Positions 55,615 to 64,000 of a stretch of DNA of 64,000 nt are shown here, one piece after another (the first letter of the stretch is position 1; each line of letters begins with the position of its first letter). The stretch covers positions 29,388-93,387 of the forward strand of contig JAPPFM010000003.1 of the NCBI GenBank assembly GCA_028821605.1, written 5' to 3'. Under the pieces are notes generated by a model. That model was not told the DNA's origin, did not search any database, and saw only the letters and a list, made by a program, of their open reading frames with translations. Made by a program: the position numbers and the translations under genes. Origin of the DNA: Candidatus Poribacteria bacterium. Lineage in GTDB: Bacteria > Poribacteria > WGA-4E > WGA-3G.

Positions 55615-55644
55615 TTGACATCAAATCTGTTGTTCTGCTATAAT
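55615..55644 (+). promoter_or_regulatory. Consensus sigma70 promoter (TTGACA-18-TATAAT), rightward
   Basis: TTGACA at 55615-55620, TATAAT at 55639-55644. The next + strand start codon is about 350-390 nt downstream. Confidence 0.6.
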
Positions 55645-56035
55645 GTATTATCATATCTTGAATGTATTATGGAACTATACATTACACGGAGCCACTTTCG
55701 TTTTCTCGGTAGGTATCATAAGAAGTTTAGTTAATCACTTCTATCAGACGAAAACTTGAATTTCCAAAACAGAGTTACGCAGAGATGAACGAGACGGTTC
55801 TACGCTTTAAAAAATTAGTGATTGAGTGAGATTAACCTAAGTTGCCATCTTATGTTTGTTAAATAAACTGGTTTGTGGGCAGGACCCCATAGAACACCAG
55901 AATTAGTGGAAATTCTTTGTATTTTCAATCAAAAACAGTAGATGTCTGTCTAAAATCTTGTAAGTAGCAACTTGGGTTAAGATTATTGTTATGAATGTAA
56001 ATAGATTTTCAATAGTTCAGAGAGGAGTAAGCGTT

Positions 56036-57913
56036 GTGAAAAAGGCTTTGCTTTGTGCACTTGTTGTGTTCTGCTTTGCTGTGTATCATAGTGATGCGCA
56101 GATTCAGTGGGATGCTGCAAAGTTTATGCCGTTGTCCGAGGTGGAACCGGGGATGAAAGGGAAAGGCTACACGGTATTTTCCGGAACGACGGTGGAAGAA
56201 TTTGATTTTGAAGTTGTAAGTATTGAACACAACTATTTCCCGGATTGGCACGTGATATGGTGTAAAGGTCTCAGCGACAACTTTAAACGCACCGGTGTCG
56301 CAGGTGGCATGAGCGGTAGCCCGATGTATCTGAATGGGCGACTTATAGGTGCCCTCTCACTCGGGCATTTCAATCAGCGGGAGCATGCCAATCTTTTTGG
56401 TGTCACACCGATTGAATTGATGGTTAATGTAGCAAAGTGGGGTATGGAACCCAATCTCACCTATGAAGGCTCGCAACTCTTTAATCTCGATTCTGCTGCG
56501 ATACAAGGATATGGATTGGATATGGGACCTTCTCTGCTTCGCGACGGTAAAATTGCGCAGACCCCTCGCAGTTTTGATGAAGCACAGTTTGAAGGCGTTT
56601 CCAGCCCCCATGCTCGAACACGACCTGCGGAGTTGTTAAAGCCTCTTGCACTTCCACCACTAAACCCAGAACTCATGCGGTTTGTCAAACCAATTTTTGA
56701 CAAATTCAATTATACCCCTGTTCAAGCTGCAGGCGGCGGAGGGCGTGTTAAGGAGTCACCGGTTGAGGAAGGACAAATAATCGGATCGGAGTTAATTCGG
56801 GGCGACGTTTCCTTCTTTGGCTACGGCACTATCACCCATGTGGATGGCAGTGAGCTGCTCGCTTATGGGCATGGCGATGGGCAAGAAGGTAATGTCAACC
56901 TCCCTCTTTCTGGAGGTTATGTCCATTTTATTATGCCGAGCCGTTCCCGTTCGTTCAAATACGCAGCACCGACGCAGCCTATCGGGACCTTAGTGCAAGA
57001 CAGGGAGACTTCAATCGCTGGGATTATTGGGAAGCACCCCAGTTATATTCCTGTCAATGTTAATCTCCAAACCAGCGATGGAAAACAACATAAAAAGTTC
57101 TATGAAGTGATGCGCCACAAAGGGCTGGCACCGTCTGGTGTTGGTATAGGGGTATGGTTCCTTTTGGATTCACTTGAATTCTATTTCGGGGACTATACAA
57201 TGAACGTGGAAGCAACCATCACCTTGAAGGAGCACCCCGACCTCAAAACTCGTGAGTTAGTTTACAAGAATATCTATTCTTCCAGTTTTTCACCGGGGCT
57301 TGCTGTCAGACAGACAGTCGTGACACCAGTGGGACAGTTACTCAATAACCCCTACACAAAGGTTCAGGTCGAGGATGTCTCCTTTGATGTGAAAATAGAG
57401 GATAAGCGGCGGACGGCGAGAGTCCAGAGCCTTCAAGTGGATAAACTCCGCTATCGTCCTGGGGATACTGTTGAGGTCGAAATAACGCTGCAGCCCTACC
57501 TTGAGGCACCTATCGTGCAAACAGCAACGATTACGATACCTAAAGATGTTCCAGATGGGCTTGTCACGCTCTTAGCTACGAATGCAAGTTTTCACGAAAT
57601 TTGGCAGCGCAACAGGGCACCTCTGAGTTTTCGCCATAGAAACATCAACCAATTAGTTGAATTGTTGCAACGCGGCGAAAACAACACGAATATTATGATG
57701 GAACTCTTTGTGCCTGAACCGGGACTCACCGTTCAAGGTAAAGAATTCGCGCATCTGCCACCTTCAGTCATGTCTGTTATGAATACTGCGAAGCAGATCG
57801 GCAATAGTGGCTATACGACAGGTACAACCTTACACGTTGACAAGACACCGACAGACTATGTTATTTCTGGAAGTGGTATCATTCGGTTCGTCGTGGATAG
57901 GAACGCAGAGTAA
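56036..57913 (+). CDS. Secreted protein with a serine-peptidase-like GMSGSP motif (S55/SpoIVB-like?)
   Basis: GTG at 56036, 8 nt after AGAGGAG, gives the signal peptide VKKALLCALVVFCFAVYHSDA (the alternative is ATG at 55991). GVAGGMSGSPMYLNGRLIGA resembles a chymotrypsin-fold/S55 nucleophile motif. The family is uncertain. Confidence 0.55.
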   Translation: MKKALLCALVVFCFAVYHSDAQIQWDAAKFMPLSEVEPGMKGKGYTVFSGTTVEEFDFEVVSIEHNYFPDWHVIWCKGLSDNFKRTGVAGGMSGSPMYLNGRLIGALSLGHFNQREHANLFGVTPIELMVNVAKWGMEPNLTYEGSQLFNLDSAAIQGYGLDMGPSLLRDGKIAQTPRSFDEAQFEGVSSPHARTRPAELLKPLALPPLNPELMRFVKPIFDKFNYTPVQAAGGGGRVKESPVEEGQIIGSELIRGDVSFFGYGTITHVDGSELLAYGHGDGQEGNVNLPLSGGYVHFIMPSRSRSFKYAAPTQPIGTLVQDRETSIAGIIGKHPSYIPVNVNLQTSDGKQHKKFYEVMRHKGLAPSGVGIGVWFLLDSLEFYFGDYTMNVEATITLKEHPDLKTRELVYKNIYSSSFSPGLAVRQTVVTPVGQLLNNPYTKVQVEDVSFDVKIEDKRRTARVQSLQVDKLRYRPGDTVEVEITLQPYLEAPIVQTATITIPKDVPDGLVTLLATNASFHEIWQRNRAPLSFRHRNINQLVELLQRGENNTNIMMELFVPEPGLTVQGKEFAHLPPSVMSVMNTAKQIGNSGYTTGTTLHVDKTPTDYVISGSGIIRFVVDRNAE

Positions 57914-58095
57914 TACCGAAAAGCCGAGTAGAGAAATCTCGCGCGATAGCACCCGATAACAAACAGGATAGAGGCTCGAAAATTTCGTTCGACAATGCGG
58001 GTGCATGCTTAATCCTACTATAAAAACCTAAATTTGGTGGCTTGCAAATGTTGACTTCAAGCCTTGCCCAATAACCCTACAGGAGGGTATTTTCA

Positions 58096-60237
58096 ATGCG
58101 CCGTGTCATCTCCTTTTGGAGTCTTATTTTAATCGTTTTTATTTTCGCAAATGTTGCATCCGCAGTCAAAACATCTTTATGGGAACAACAAAACCATGCG
58201 GATTTTGAGGCTGGCAAGCCCAAAGGCCTGTCATTTACGAGTACCGGAGATGTTATGTTGTCTCCGAAAATTGATGCTTTCACCAAACTCAAGGAGACTC
58301 AGGTCTGGGCACTCGTTGAAGATTCAGCAGGAAATCTCTATGCTGGCACTGGGAATGAAGGGAAAATCTATAAAATTGCTGCTGATGGTGACGATGCCGA
58401 GCTTTATTATAACTCGCCCGAAGTTACTATTTACAGTCTTGCCGTTGGATCCGACGGTGCACTCTACGCTGGTACCGGACCCGACGGGTTAATTTACAAA
58501 ATCACTGACGCTACAACACCGCCGACAACACTTCTGAATGAGGGTGACAAATATGTATGGGCGTTGCGGTTTGATGATGCCGGCAATCTCTACGCCGCGA
58601 CCGGCACCGATGGCAAGATTTACAAAATTACACCGGATGGTGAGTCGAGTGTTCTATTTGATGCCGAAGAAAAGAATATAATGACCCTCCTCCTACACGA
58701 AAACGGTTTCTATGCCGGTAGTAGCGACAACGGTATTATCTACCATATTATGGACGATGGTACCGCAAAGGTCATCTATCAAGCCAAAGAGAAAGAAGTT
58801 CGCGCCCTTGAAATGGATACTCAAGGTAACCTCTACGCGGCAGTCGTTACATCTCAACCTGCTGAACCCTCAAGGGGACGCCGTGATTCAAGCGGCCCCC
58901 CGACACCCAGTGGCCCGCCACCACCGGGGGGAAGGGCACCCCAGGAAAACAAATCTAACATCTACAAAATTCGTCCGGATGGAACTGCCGTTTCAGTTTG
59001 GAATTCGCCGGAGCCGCTTATCTTGGCTATTGTCCTTGAAAGTGACTCGCAAATCTTGGTGGGCACCGGAGATGAAGGGAAACTTTATCGCGTCAACCCG
59101 ATGAGTGGAGACTCTGTTGAAGTTGGTAAGTGCTCAGCGAATCAGGTTGTGGCGATACACCAGAAAGAGGTAGATGGGAACACCCGGACGCTCCTCGCGA
59201 CTGGTAACCCTGGTAAACTTTTTAACCTCACAGCCACTTACGTTGAAGAGGGCACCCTTGAGTCAACGGTTCACGATGCCAAGAGCCTATCTCGCTGGGG
59301 GAAACTCTCTTGGGAAGGTGAGATGGCAGAAGGGACCGCAGTTGCCTTTTCGACCCGCACCGGTAACACCAAGAAACCGGATGATACATGGAACGACTGG
59401 TCTGATGAACTCACGACAGCAGAAGGTTCTCAGATTCCAAACGCTGATGCACAGTACATCCAATGGCGTGCTAAATTCACTACGAGCGACACTGCACAAA
59501 CACCCGTATTGAAGAAGGTCACCCTTGCCTCTGCACAGGCAAATATTGAGCCACGATTTACCAGTATTGAAGTAGATGATGGCACTGGCAGTGGCAATCA
59601 GGAAACAGGGCGTCGCGCTTCCGGTGGTAACTTACCACCTCCAAGCAGACGTAGTGGAGATAGTGGTGGATCGAGCAGTGGAGCTGCTGCGCCTTCTAAA
59701 AAGTGGAAAGTGAGTTGGAAGGTTGAGGATCCAAATGCCGATACGCTCCAGTATACGCTCTACTACAAGGCTGTTGATGAAGACAACTGGCGGCTGCTGA
59801 AAAAGGAATTGTCCAGCGCAAATTATGAATGGGATATCACCACTGTCCCAGATGGACGATACACCTTAAAAGTCGTGGCAACAGATAAACTTAGCAATCC
59901 AGTCGGATGGGCGAAATCGACTGAGAAGATAAGTAAATCCCTTAGGGTGGACAACACACAACCTTCTATCGGGGAAATCCAAGTCACTGCGAACGGCGAT
60001 GGTACATATAAGATTGCCTGTGATGTCACGGATATGACGACACCGATCCAGAAAGCCGTCTATAAGATTGACAGTGATGAGCACTGGAAGGCGATTTTCC
60101 CTGACGATGGTATCTTTGATTCCAAGCAGGAGCAACTCCTATTGGAAACCGGTGAACTCCCTGAAGGTGCGCACACGATTACCATTCAGGTAACGGATAG
60201 AGCGCAGAATATGGCAGTGAGTCGTGGAAGTTTCTAA
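58096..60237 (+). CDS. Secreted beta-propeller-like repeat protein with a Pro/Gly linker and Ig/FN3-like C-terminal region
   Basis: GGAGGG SD and a signal peptide. Recurrent G(N/A)LYA(G/A)TG.(D/E)G.IYKI blades. PPTPSGPPPPGG linker. Confidence 0.75.
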   Translation: MRRVISFWSLILIVFIFANVASAVKTSLWEQQNHADFEAGKPKGLSFTSTGDVMLSPKIDAFTKLKETQVWALVEDSAGNLYAGTGNEGKIYKIAADGDDAELYYNSPEVTIYSLAVGSDGALYAGTGPDGLIYKITDATTPPTTLLNEGDKYVWALRFDDAGNLYAATGTDGKIYKITPDGESSVLFDAEEKNIMTLLLHENGFYAGSSDNGIIYHIMDDGTAKVIYQAKEKEVRALEMDTQGNLYAAVVTSQPAEPSRGRRDSSGPPTPSGPPPPGGRAPQENKSNIYKIRPDGTAVSVWNSPEPLILAIVLESDSQILVGTGDEGKLYRVNPMSGDSVEVGKCSANQVVAIHQKEVDGNTRTLLATGNPGKLFNLTATYVEEGTLESTVHDAKSLSRWGKLSWEGEMAEGTAVAFSTRTGNTKKPDDTWNDWSDELTTAEGSQIPNADAQYIQWRAKFTTSDTAQTPVLKKVTLASAQANIEPRFTSIEVDDGTGSGNQETGRRASGGNLPPPSRRSGDSGGSSSGAAAPSKKWKVSWKVEDPNADTLQYTLYYKAVDEDNWRLLKKELSSANYEWDITTVPDGRYTLKVVATDKLSNPVGWAKSTEKISKSLRVDNTQPSIGEIQVTANGDGTYKIACDVTDMTTPIQKAVYKIDSDEHWKAIFPDDGIFDSKQEQLLLETGELPEGAHTITIQVTDRAQNMAVSRGSF

Positions 60238-60253
60238 TAGGTTTTAGCGAATC

Positions 60254-60287
60254 GTAGGGCGGGTTTCAAACCCGTCCTATTTTTTTG
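60254..60287 (+). terminator. GTAG-headed hairpin plus T-run after the 58096-60237 ORF
   Basis: GTAGGGCGGGTTTCAAACCCGTCCTATTTTTTT. The T-run overlaps the last codons of convergent bioA. Confidence 0.7.
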
Positions 60288-61641
60288 TGCCTGTCTCAAT
60301 TGAGGTATAAAGGATGTCCAATAGAGCATCTAATTCTGAAATCGAAATTTGCAACGATGGCATTAGGACAATGGTATTGACAAGCGGTCTGAGTATCGCT
60401 CCGCGGGTGAGTGCCTCTTTACAAACCCGAATACCCATCTTCTCTTCAAAGGGGTAAGGTGTACCGGTATCTGGATCTTCCATTAATTCCACGCCAGCAG
60501 CAAGTCCACACACGCGCACATCACCGACGTATGGGAGTTCATGGAATGCTTGGAGTCTGTTTCTGAAATGTTCAATCGTAGGTTGGAGTCTGGAAAGGAG
60601 ATTCTCACGCTCGAAAATAGAGATATTTTCCAGTGCGACAGCACACGCTAATGGGTTTCCGGTGAACGTGTGACCGTGGAAAAAAGTCTTGAGGTCTCTA
60701 TATTCACCGAGGAAAGCGTTATAGATGTCATCCGTCGTTAACGTCGCTGCGAGGGGAAGGTAGCCCGCGGCGAGCCCCTTTGCGGTGCATAAGAGATCGG
60801 GCGTAACGTTCTCATGTTCGCATGCCCACATTTTACCCGTACGACCAAACCCCGTCATCACTTCATCGACGATGAGAAGTGTTTCCCACTGTTTTGCCAA
60901 TGCAGCGAGTTCCTTTAAAAACCCTTTTGGCGAAATGAGCATACCGCCTGCCCCCCGAATAAGCGGCTCCAAAATAATACCCGCGATCTGTCCTGCATGC
61001 TCAGAAAGCGCACGTTCGACAGCATCCAACCAATGGGTTTTAACTTTGGAATCGTTACTGGATACGTTTGCAATATGAGAAGAACGGTAGGCTTCGGGAG
61101 CGGATACACGAATACCTTTGAAAAGGAGGGAATCAAAGGTATTGTGGAAACTGTCGATGCCGCCTACACTCATCGCACCTATCGTGTCCCCGTGGTACGC
61201 GTTATCAAAATGGATAAATAGTTTGCGTTGTGACTCGCCCTTATGTTGCCAGTACTGATACGCTATCTTCAAAGCGACTTCAACAGCGGTTGAACCGTTA
61301 TCGGAGTAAAATACCTTATTCAGTCCAGTTGGCGTGATTTCCACCAGTTTTTGTGCGAGTTGAATCGCGGGGATGTTGCTATATCCAAGCAGTGTGGTGT
61401 GTGCGATTTTATCCAGCTGCGTCTTGAGCGCGGTGTTCAATTCGGGATGGTTATGTCCGTGAATGTTTGTCCACATGGAAGCGATGCCATCAATATATCG
61501 GTTTCCATCAATATCGATGAGATAACACCCCTCGCCACGTTCAATGATGACTGGATCCTGCGTCAGCCAATCTTGCATCTGTGTGAACGGATGCCAGAGG
61601 TAACGCTTATCCCAAGCGACAAGCGTTTCTTTATCAACCAT
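60277..61641 (-). CDS. bioA: Adenosylmethionine-8-amino-7-oxononanoate aminotransferase
   Basis: Class III aminotransferase with a BioA-type N-terminus (DKRYLWHPFTQM..IIERGEGCYLIDIDGNRYIDG..). Confidence 0.9.
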   Translation of the reverse strand: MVDKETLVAWDKRYLWHPFTQMQDWLTQDPVIIERGEGCYLIDIDGNRYIDGIASMWTNIHGHNHPELNTALKTQLDKIAHTTLLGYSNIPAIQLAQKLVEITPTGLNKVFYSDNGSTAVEVALKIAYQYWQHKGESQRKLFIHFDNAYHGDTIGAMSVGGIDSFHNTFDSLLFKGIRVSAPEAYRSSHIANVSSNDSKVKTHWLDAVERALSEHAGQIAGIILEPLIRGAGGMLISPKGFLKELAALAKQWETLLIVDEVMTGFGRTGKMWACEHENVTPDLLCTAKGLAAGYLPLAATLTTDDIYNAFLGEYRDLKTFFHGHTFTGNPLACAVALENISIFERENLLSRLQPTIEHFRNRLQAFHELPYVGDVRVCGLAAGVELMEDPDTGTPYPFEEKMGIRVCKEALTRGAILRPLVNTIVLMPSLQISISELDALLDILYTSIETGTKK

Positions 61642-61662
61642 GGCTTATAATTATAAGTCTCA

Positions 61663-62955
61663 CTATCCCTTCAATTTCGCGTAGTGGACAAGCGGTTCCA
61701 AGCCGAGTTCATTGTAAGTGCCCGTTTTCGGAACGATAATTTCAAGCACCCTATTCCGATAGTGTGTATAGAAATCCACCGGTTGTGCCTGAATAGGAAA
61801 GATATTTGTGAAACCGTTAGGGAAGGAACTCGCACGTCCGACAACGTTTTCAAACCGCGGATCCTCCATTTCACCTGTTTCAGCATTCACGGGGAGTTGG
61901 GTCTGAACCGTCACAGTGGTTTCAGGTGTCGGTGTAGTGTCTACGGCAGAGTAGGCGGAACTTAAACTAACTTCGTAGTCGTAGTGAGGCATTCTATCGG
62001 GCAGATTGAAAGTTTCCTTCATTGAAGAATTGGGTACCCATCGTGGGAACTCAATTTCGATTCGATAGTAGTCCGCCATTTCTGAGACCTGATTAATCAT
62101 TCCGTAGCGTCGGTATCGTTCCTTTATATCATCGGCGTAAATTGCGCCATCTACATCTACTGCCCCGGGAACCGTTGTCCGTTGTGCTGAGGGATCCGTA
62201 ACCAGAGCAGAACGCGCGCCGATCAACAGCGGTGTCGCAACGAGTGATAAAAACCAACCGTAGAATGCTGCACCGTAACGTGGCTGTTCTTCCGTTGATC
62301 TGAACTCGTCTTTAAACCGGTAAATACCCTCGGTGACTGCGATGACGACTCCGAGGAAAATCATCAAGTTGCCTCTGCTTGAGAAAAGGTCAGGAGTTTG
62401 TCCTTGGAACCCAACAAAGAAAAGGATAAGCGGATAGAGTATCAGGTTAAGTAGGCTATTAATACCTGTGGATACAGCGGCACTAAAAATACGCGTGTTT
62501 CCTGCCATCTCCTCAAGCCGCGCTTTGAATTTCGCCGAGAAGGCACCAAGAATAGGCTGTCCAAGTAATGCTAACAGATTGAATGGGGTACGGAGTCGTG
62601 AATCTGGCTGTTCTGGTATTTGTACAAATTCTTCTGGAATACCTTGTTGCTTTCCCTGTTTGGTTTTTCCCGCCTCTTCGGCTCCGCCATCCGCGGCTTC
62701 TGGTTTAACGAAGGTCTCAAAAAATTTACGGTTTATCTCAATATACGATTCCCATTCGGCTGGGACATCGCTCTGCATGGCGATCGCGTCAACAGGACAC
62801 GCAGGTTCGCACGCAGCGCAGTCGATACACACATCTGGGTCGATGTAAAGCTGCTTTTCACCTTCGCTGGTATGTATACAGTCTACAGGACAGACATCGA
62901 CGCATGCGGTGTCCATTACGTCAACACACGGTTCACAGATTATGTAAGCCATCAT
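61663..62955 (-). CDS. 7Fe-type (FdxA-like) ferredoxin domain fused to a ~350-aa membrane-spanning extension
   Basis: N-terminal AYIICEPCVDVMDTACVDVCPVDCIH..YIDPDVCIDCAACEPACPVDAI..EWESYIEINRKFF. This is followed by three or more hydrophobic helices and a C-terminal soluble domain ending RVLEIIVPK. Confidence 0.8.
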   Translation of the reverse strand: MMAYIICEPCVDVMDTACVDVCPVDCIHTSEGEKQLYIDPDVCIDCAACEPACPVDAIAMQSDVPAEWESYIEINRKFFETFVKPEAADGGAEEAGKTKQGKQQGIPEEFVQIPEQPDSRLRTPFNLLALLGQPILGAFSAKFKARLEEMAGNTRIFSAAVSTGINSLLNLILYPLILFFVGFQGQTPDLFSSRGNLMIFLGVVIAVTEGIYRFKDEFRSTEEQPRYGAAFYGWFLSLVATPLLIGARSALVTDPSAQRTTVPGAVDVDGAIYADDIKERYRRYGMINQVSEMADYYRIEIEFPRWVPNSSMKETFNLPDRMPHYDYEVSLSSAYSAVDTTPTPETTVTVQTQLPVNAETGEMEDPRFENVVGRASSFPNGFTNIFPIQAQPVDFYTHYRNRVLEIIVPKTGTYNELGLEPLVHYAKLKG

Positions 62956-63037
62956 TCCCTCCTTTTTGTTGATGCTTCCGTATTAAGTATACCACAATTA
63001 ATTGTCGATAGCAAGGAATATTTCTGTTTTTCGCGGT

Positions 63038-63066
63038 TTGACAAATAGCGTAATAGTCGCTATAAT
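63038..63066 (+). promoter_or_regulatory. Consensus sigma70 promoter (TTGACA-17-TATAAT) upstream of truD
   Basis: TTGACA at 63038-63043, TATAAT at 63061-63066. Confidence 0.65.
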
Positions 63067-63098
63067 GGTGTAGAAACTAACATTCACAAGGCAGATCG

Positions 63099-64000
63099 AT
63101 GTTCAAAGAACCCGAAGATTTTATTGTTGAAGAATTGCCACTTTATGAACCCTCTCAGGTAGGAACACATACGTTTTTTGCGGTTCGGAAACGCAATTTG
63201 ACGACGCTGGAAGCGATTAACAGAATCGCACGGGACTTACAGGCACAGAGTCGGCAGTTCGGTTATGCGGGGTTGAAAGATAAAAATGCGGTCACAACAC
63301 AGATATTGTCTGTTGAAGGCGTAGCACCGGAACGGGTTCTGAAGGTTCAACAACCGGATATTGAGGTCCTATGGGCGGAACGACACACGCATAAATTGCG
63401 AGTGGGACACCTCCGCGGCAATCGGTTTGAGATAACCCTCCGTGATATTCCGCACGATGCCTTGTCCTTTGTCGAAAGGGTAATGACACGGTTGGCGACT
63501 GCAGGTGTGCCGAATCGCTTCGGCGCGCAACGGTTTGGGAATAAAAACGATTCACATCTGATCGGGAAGGCGTTGGTGAAGGCGGAGTGGGAGACAGTTG
63601 TACGTTATATGATCACAGATGAAACGTTAGAGATTGATGATATGGCACGACGCATGCAACGGGAACTGGCACGGAAACCCGTCGAAAGAGTAGTGTTCTC
63701 TATTCCACATCGACTTCGGAAATTGTTTTTGTCGGCGTATCAGGCGTATTTCTTTAACCGCGTCTTGGAGCGGCGGGCATCCGGTTTAGGCAAACTCCTT
63801 GAGGGGGACATTGCCGTGAAGCATGATAACGGTGCTCCCTTTCTCGTTGCGGATGTTGCCGTTGAGCAACCGCGGGCGGATGCCTTTGAAATTAGTCCTT
63901 CGGGTCCGATTTTCGGATATAAGATGCGCCTGCCGACTGGCGATGTGCTCACCTTGGAGACATCGCTCCTGGCAGATGAAGGGGTTCACCTTAAAGACTT
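63099..64000 (+). CDS. truD: tRNA pseudouridine synthase D (5' part; runs off the window end)
   Basis: My own translation from ATG 63099 is open to nt 64000: MFKEPEDFIVEELPLYEP..FGYAGLKDKNAVTTQ..NRFGAQRFG.. (TruD signatures). It is missing from the ORF track because there is no stop in the window. Confidence 0.85.
   Translation, partial: MFKEPEDFIVEELPLYEPSQVGTHTFFAVRKRNLTTLEAINRIARDLQAQSRQFGYAGLKDKNAVTTQILSVEGVAPERVLKVQQPDIEVLWAERHTHKLRVGHLRGNRFEITLRDIPHDALSFVERVMTRLATAGVPNRFGAQRFGNKNDSHLIGKALVKAEWETVVRYMITDETLEIDDMARRMQRELARKPVERVVFSIPHRLRKLFLSAYQAYFFNRVLERRASGLGKLLEGDIAVKHDNGAPFLVADVAVEQPRADAFEISPSGPIFGYKMRLPTGDVLTLETSLLADEGVHLKD

Overview
This 64-kb window comes from a diderm-type bacterium (TonB-dependent receptor, lipoproteins, Tat and Sec signals). 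I cannot name the lineage from the sequence alone. I support about 50 CDSs. Most are chromosomal housekeeping or envelope genes: groEL, rqcH, purC, disA, glpK, bioA, the 5' part of truD, an ABC/FtsX exporter pair, a Bat-like VWA/DUF4159/coiled-coil cluster, an NtrC-type two-component pair, three Gfo/Idh/MocA oxidoreductases, two rhodaneses, and a lysine-aminomutase-family radical SAM enzyme. I found no rRNA, tRNA, CRISPR array, transposase or integrase.

Two things stand out.

(1) An AT-rich minus-strand cassette at about 43.7-46.6 kb encodes three proteins: a GIY-YIG-like protein, a DGQHR (DndB/ParB-like) protein and a reader-domain-plus-HNH protein. It has its own consensus promoter. There is no modification gene (dnd/ssp/dpd/methyltransferase) anywhere in the window. 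This is my best candidate for an undescribed defence-type system.

(2) The intergenic space holds at least five families of short structured repeats:
- REP-like hairpins ending in CCTACA.
- A ~233-bp element with terminal inverted repeats, in three copies.
- Heptamer-arm inverted repeats sitting in 5' UTRs.
- ACTTACGC-stem elements.
- A ~90-bp unit tandemly triplicated in front of an SPFH gene.
Several of these supply -35 boxes, Shine-Dalgarno (SD) sequences or false ORF starts.

All domain calls come from motif recognition by eye. No searches were run.
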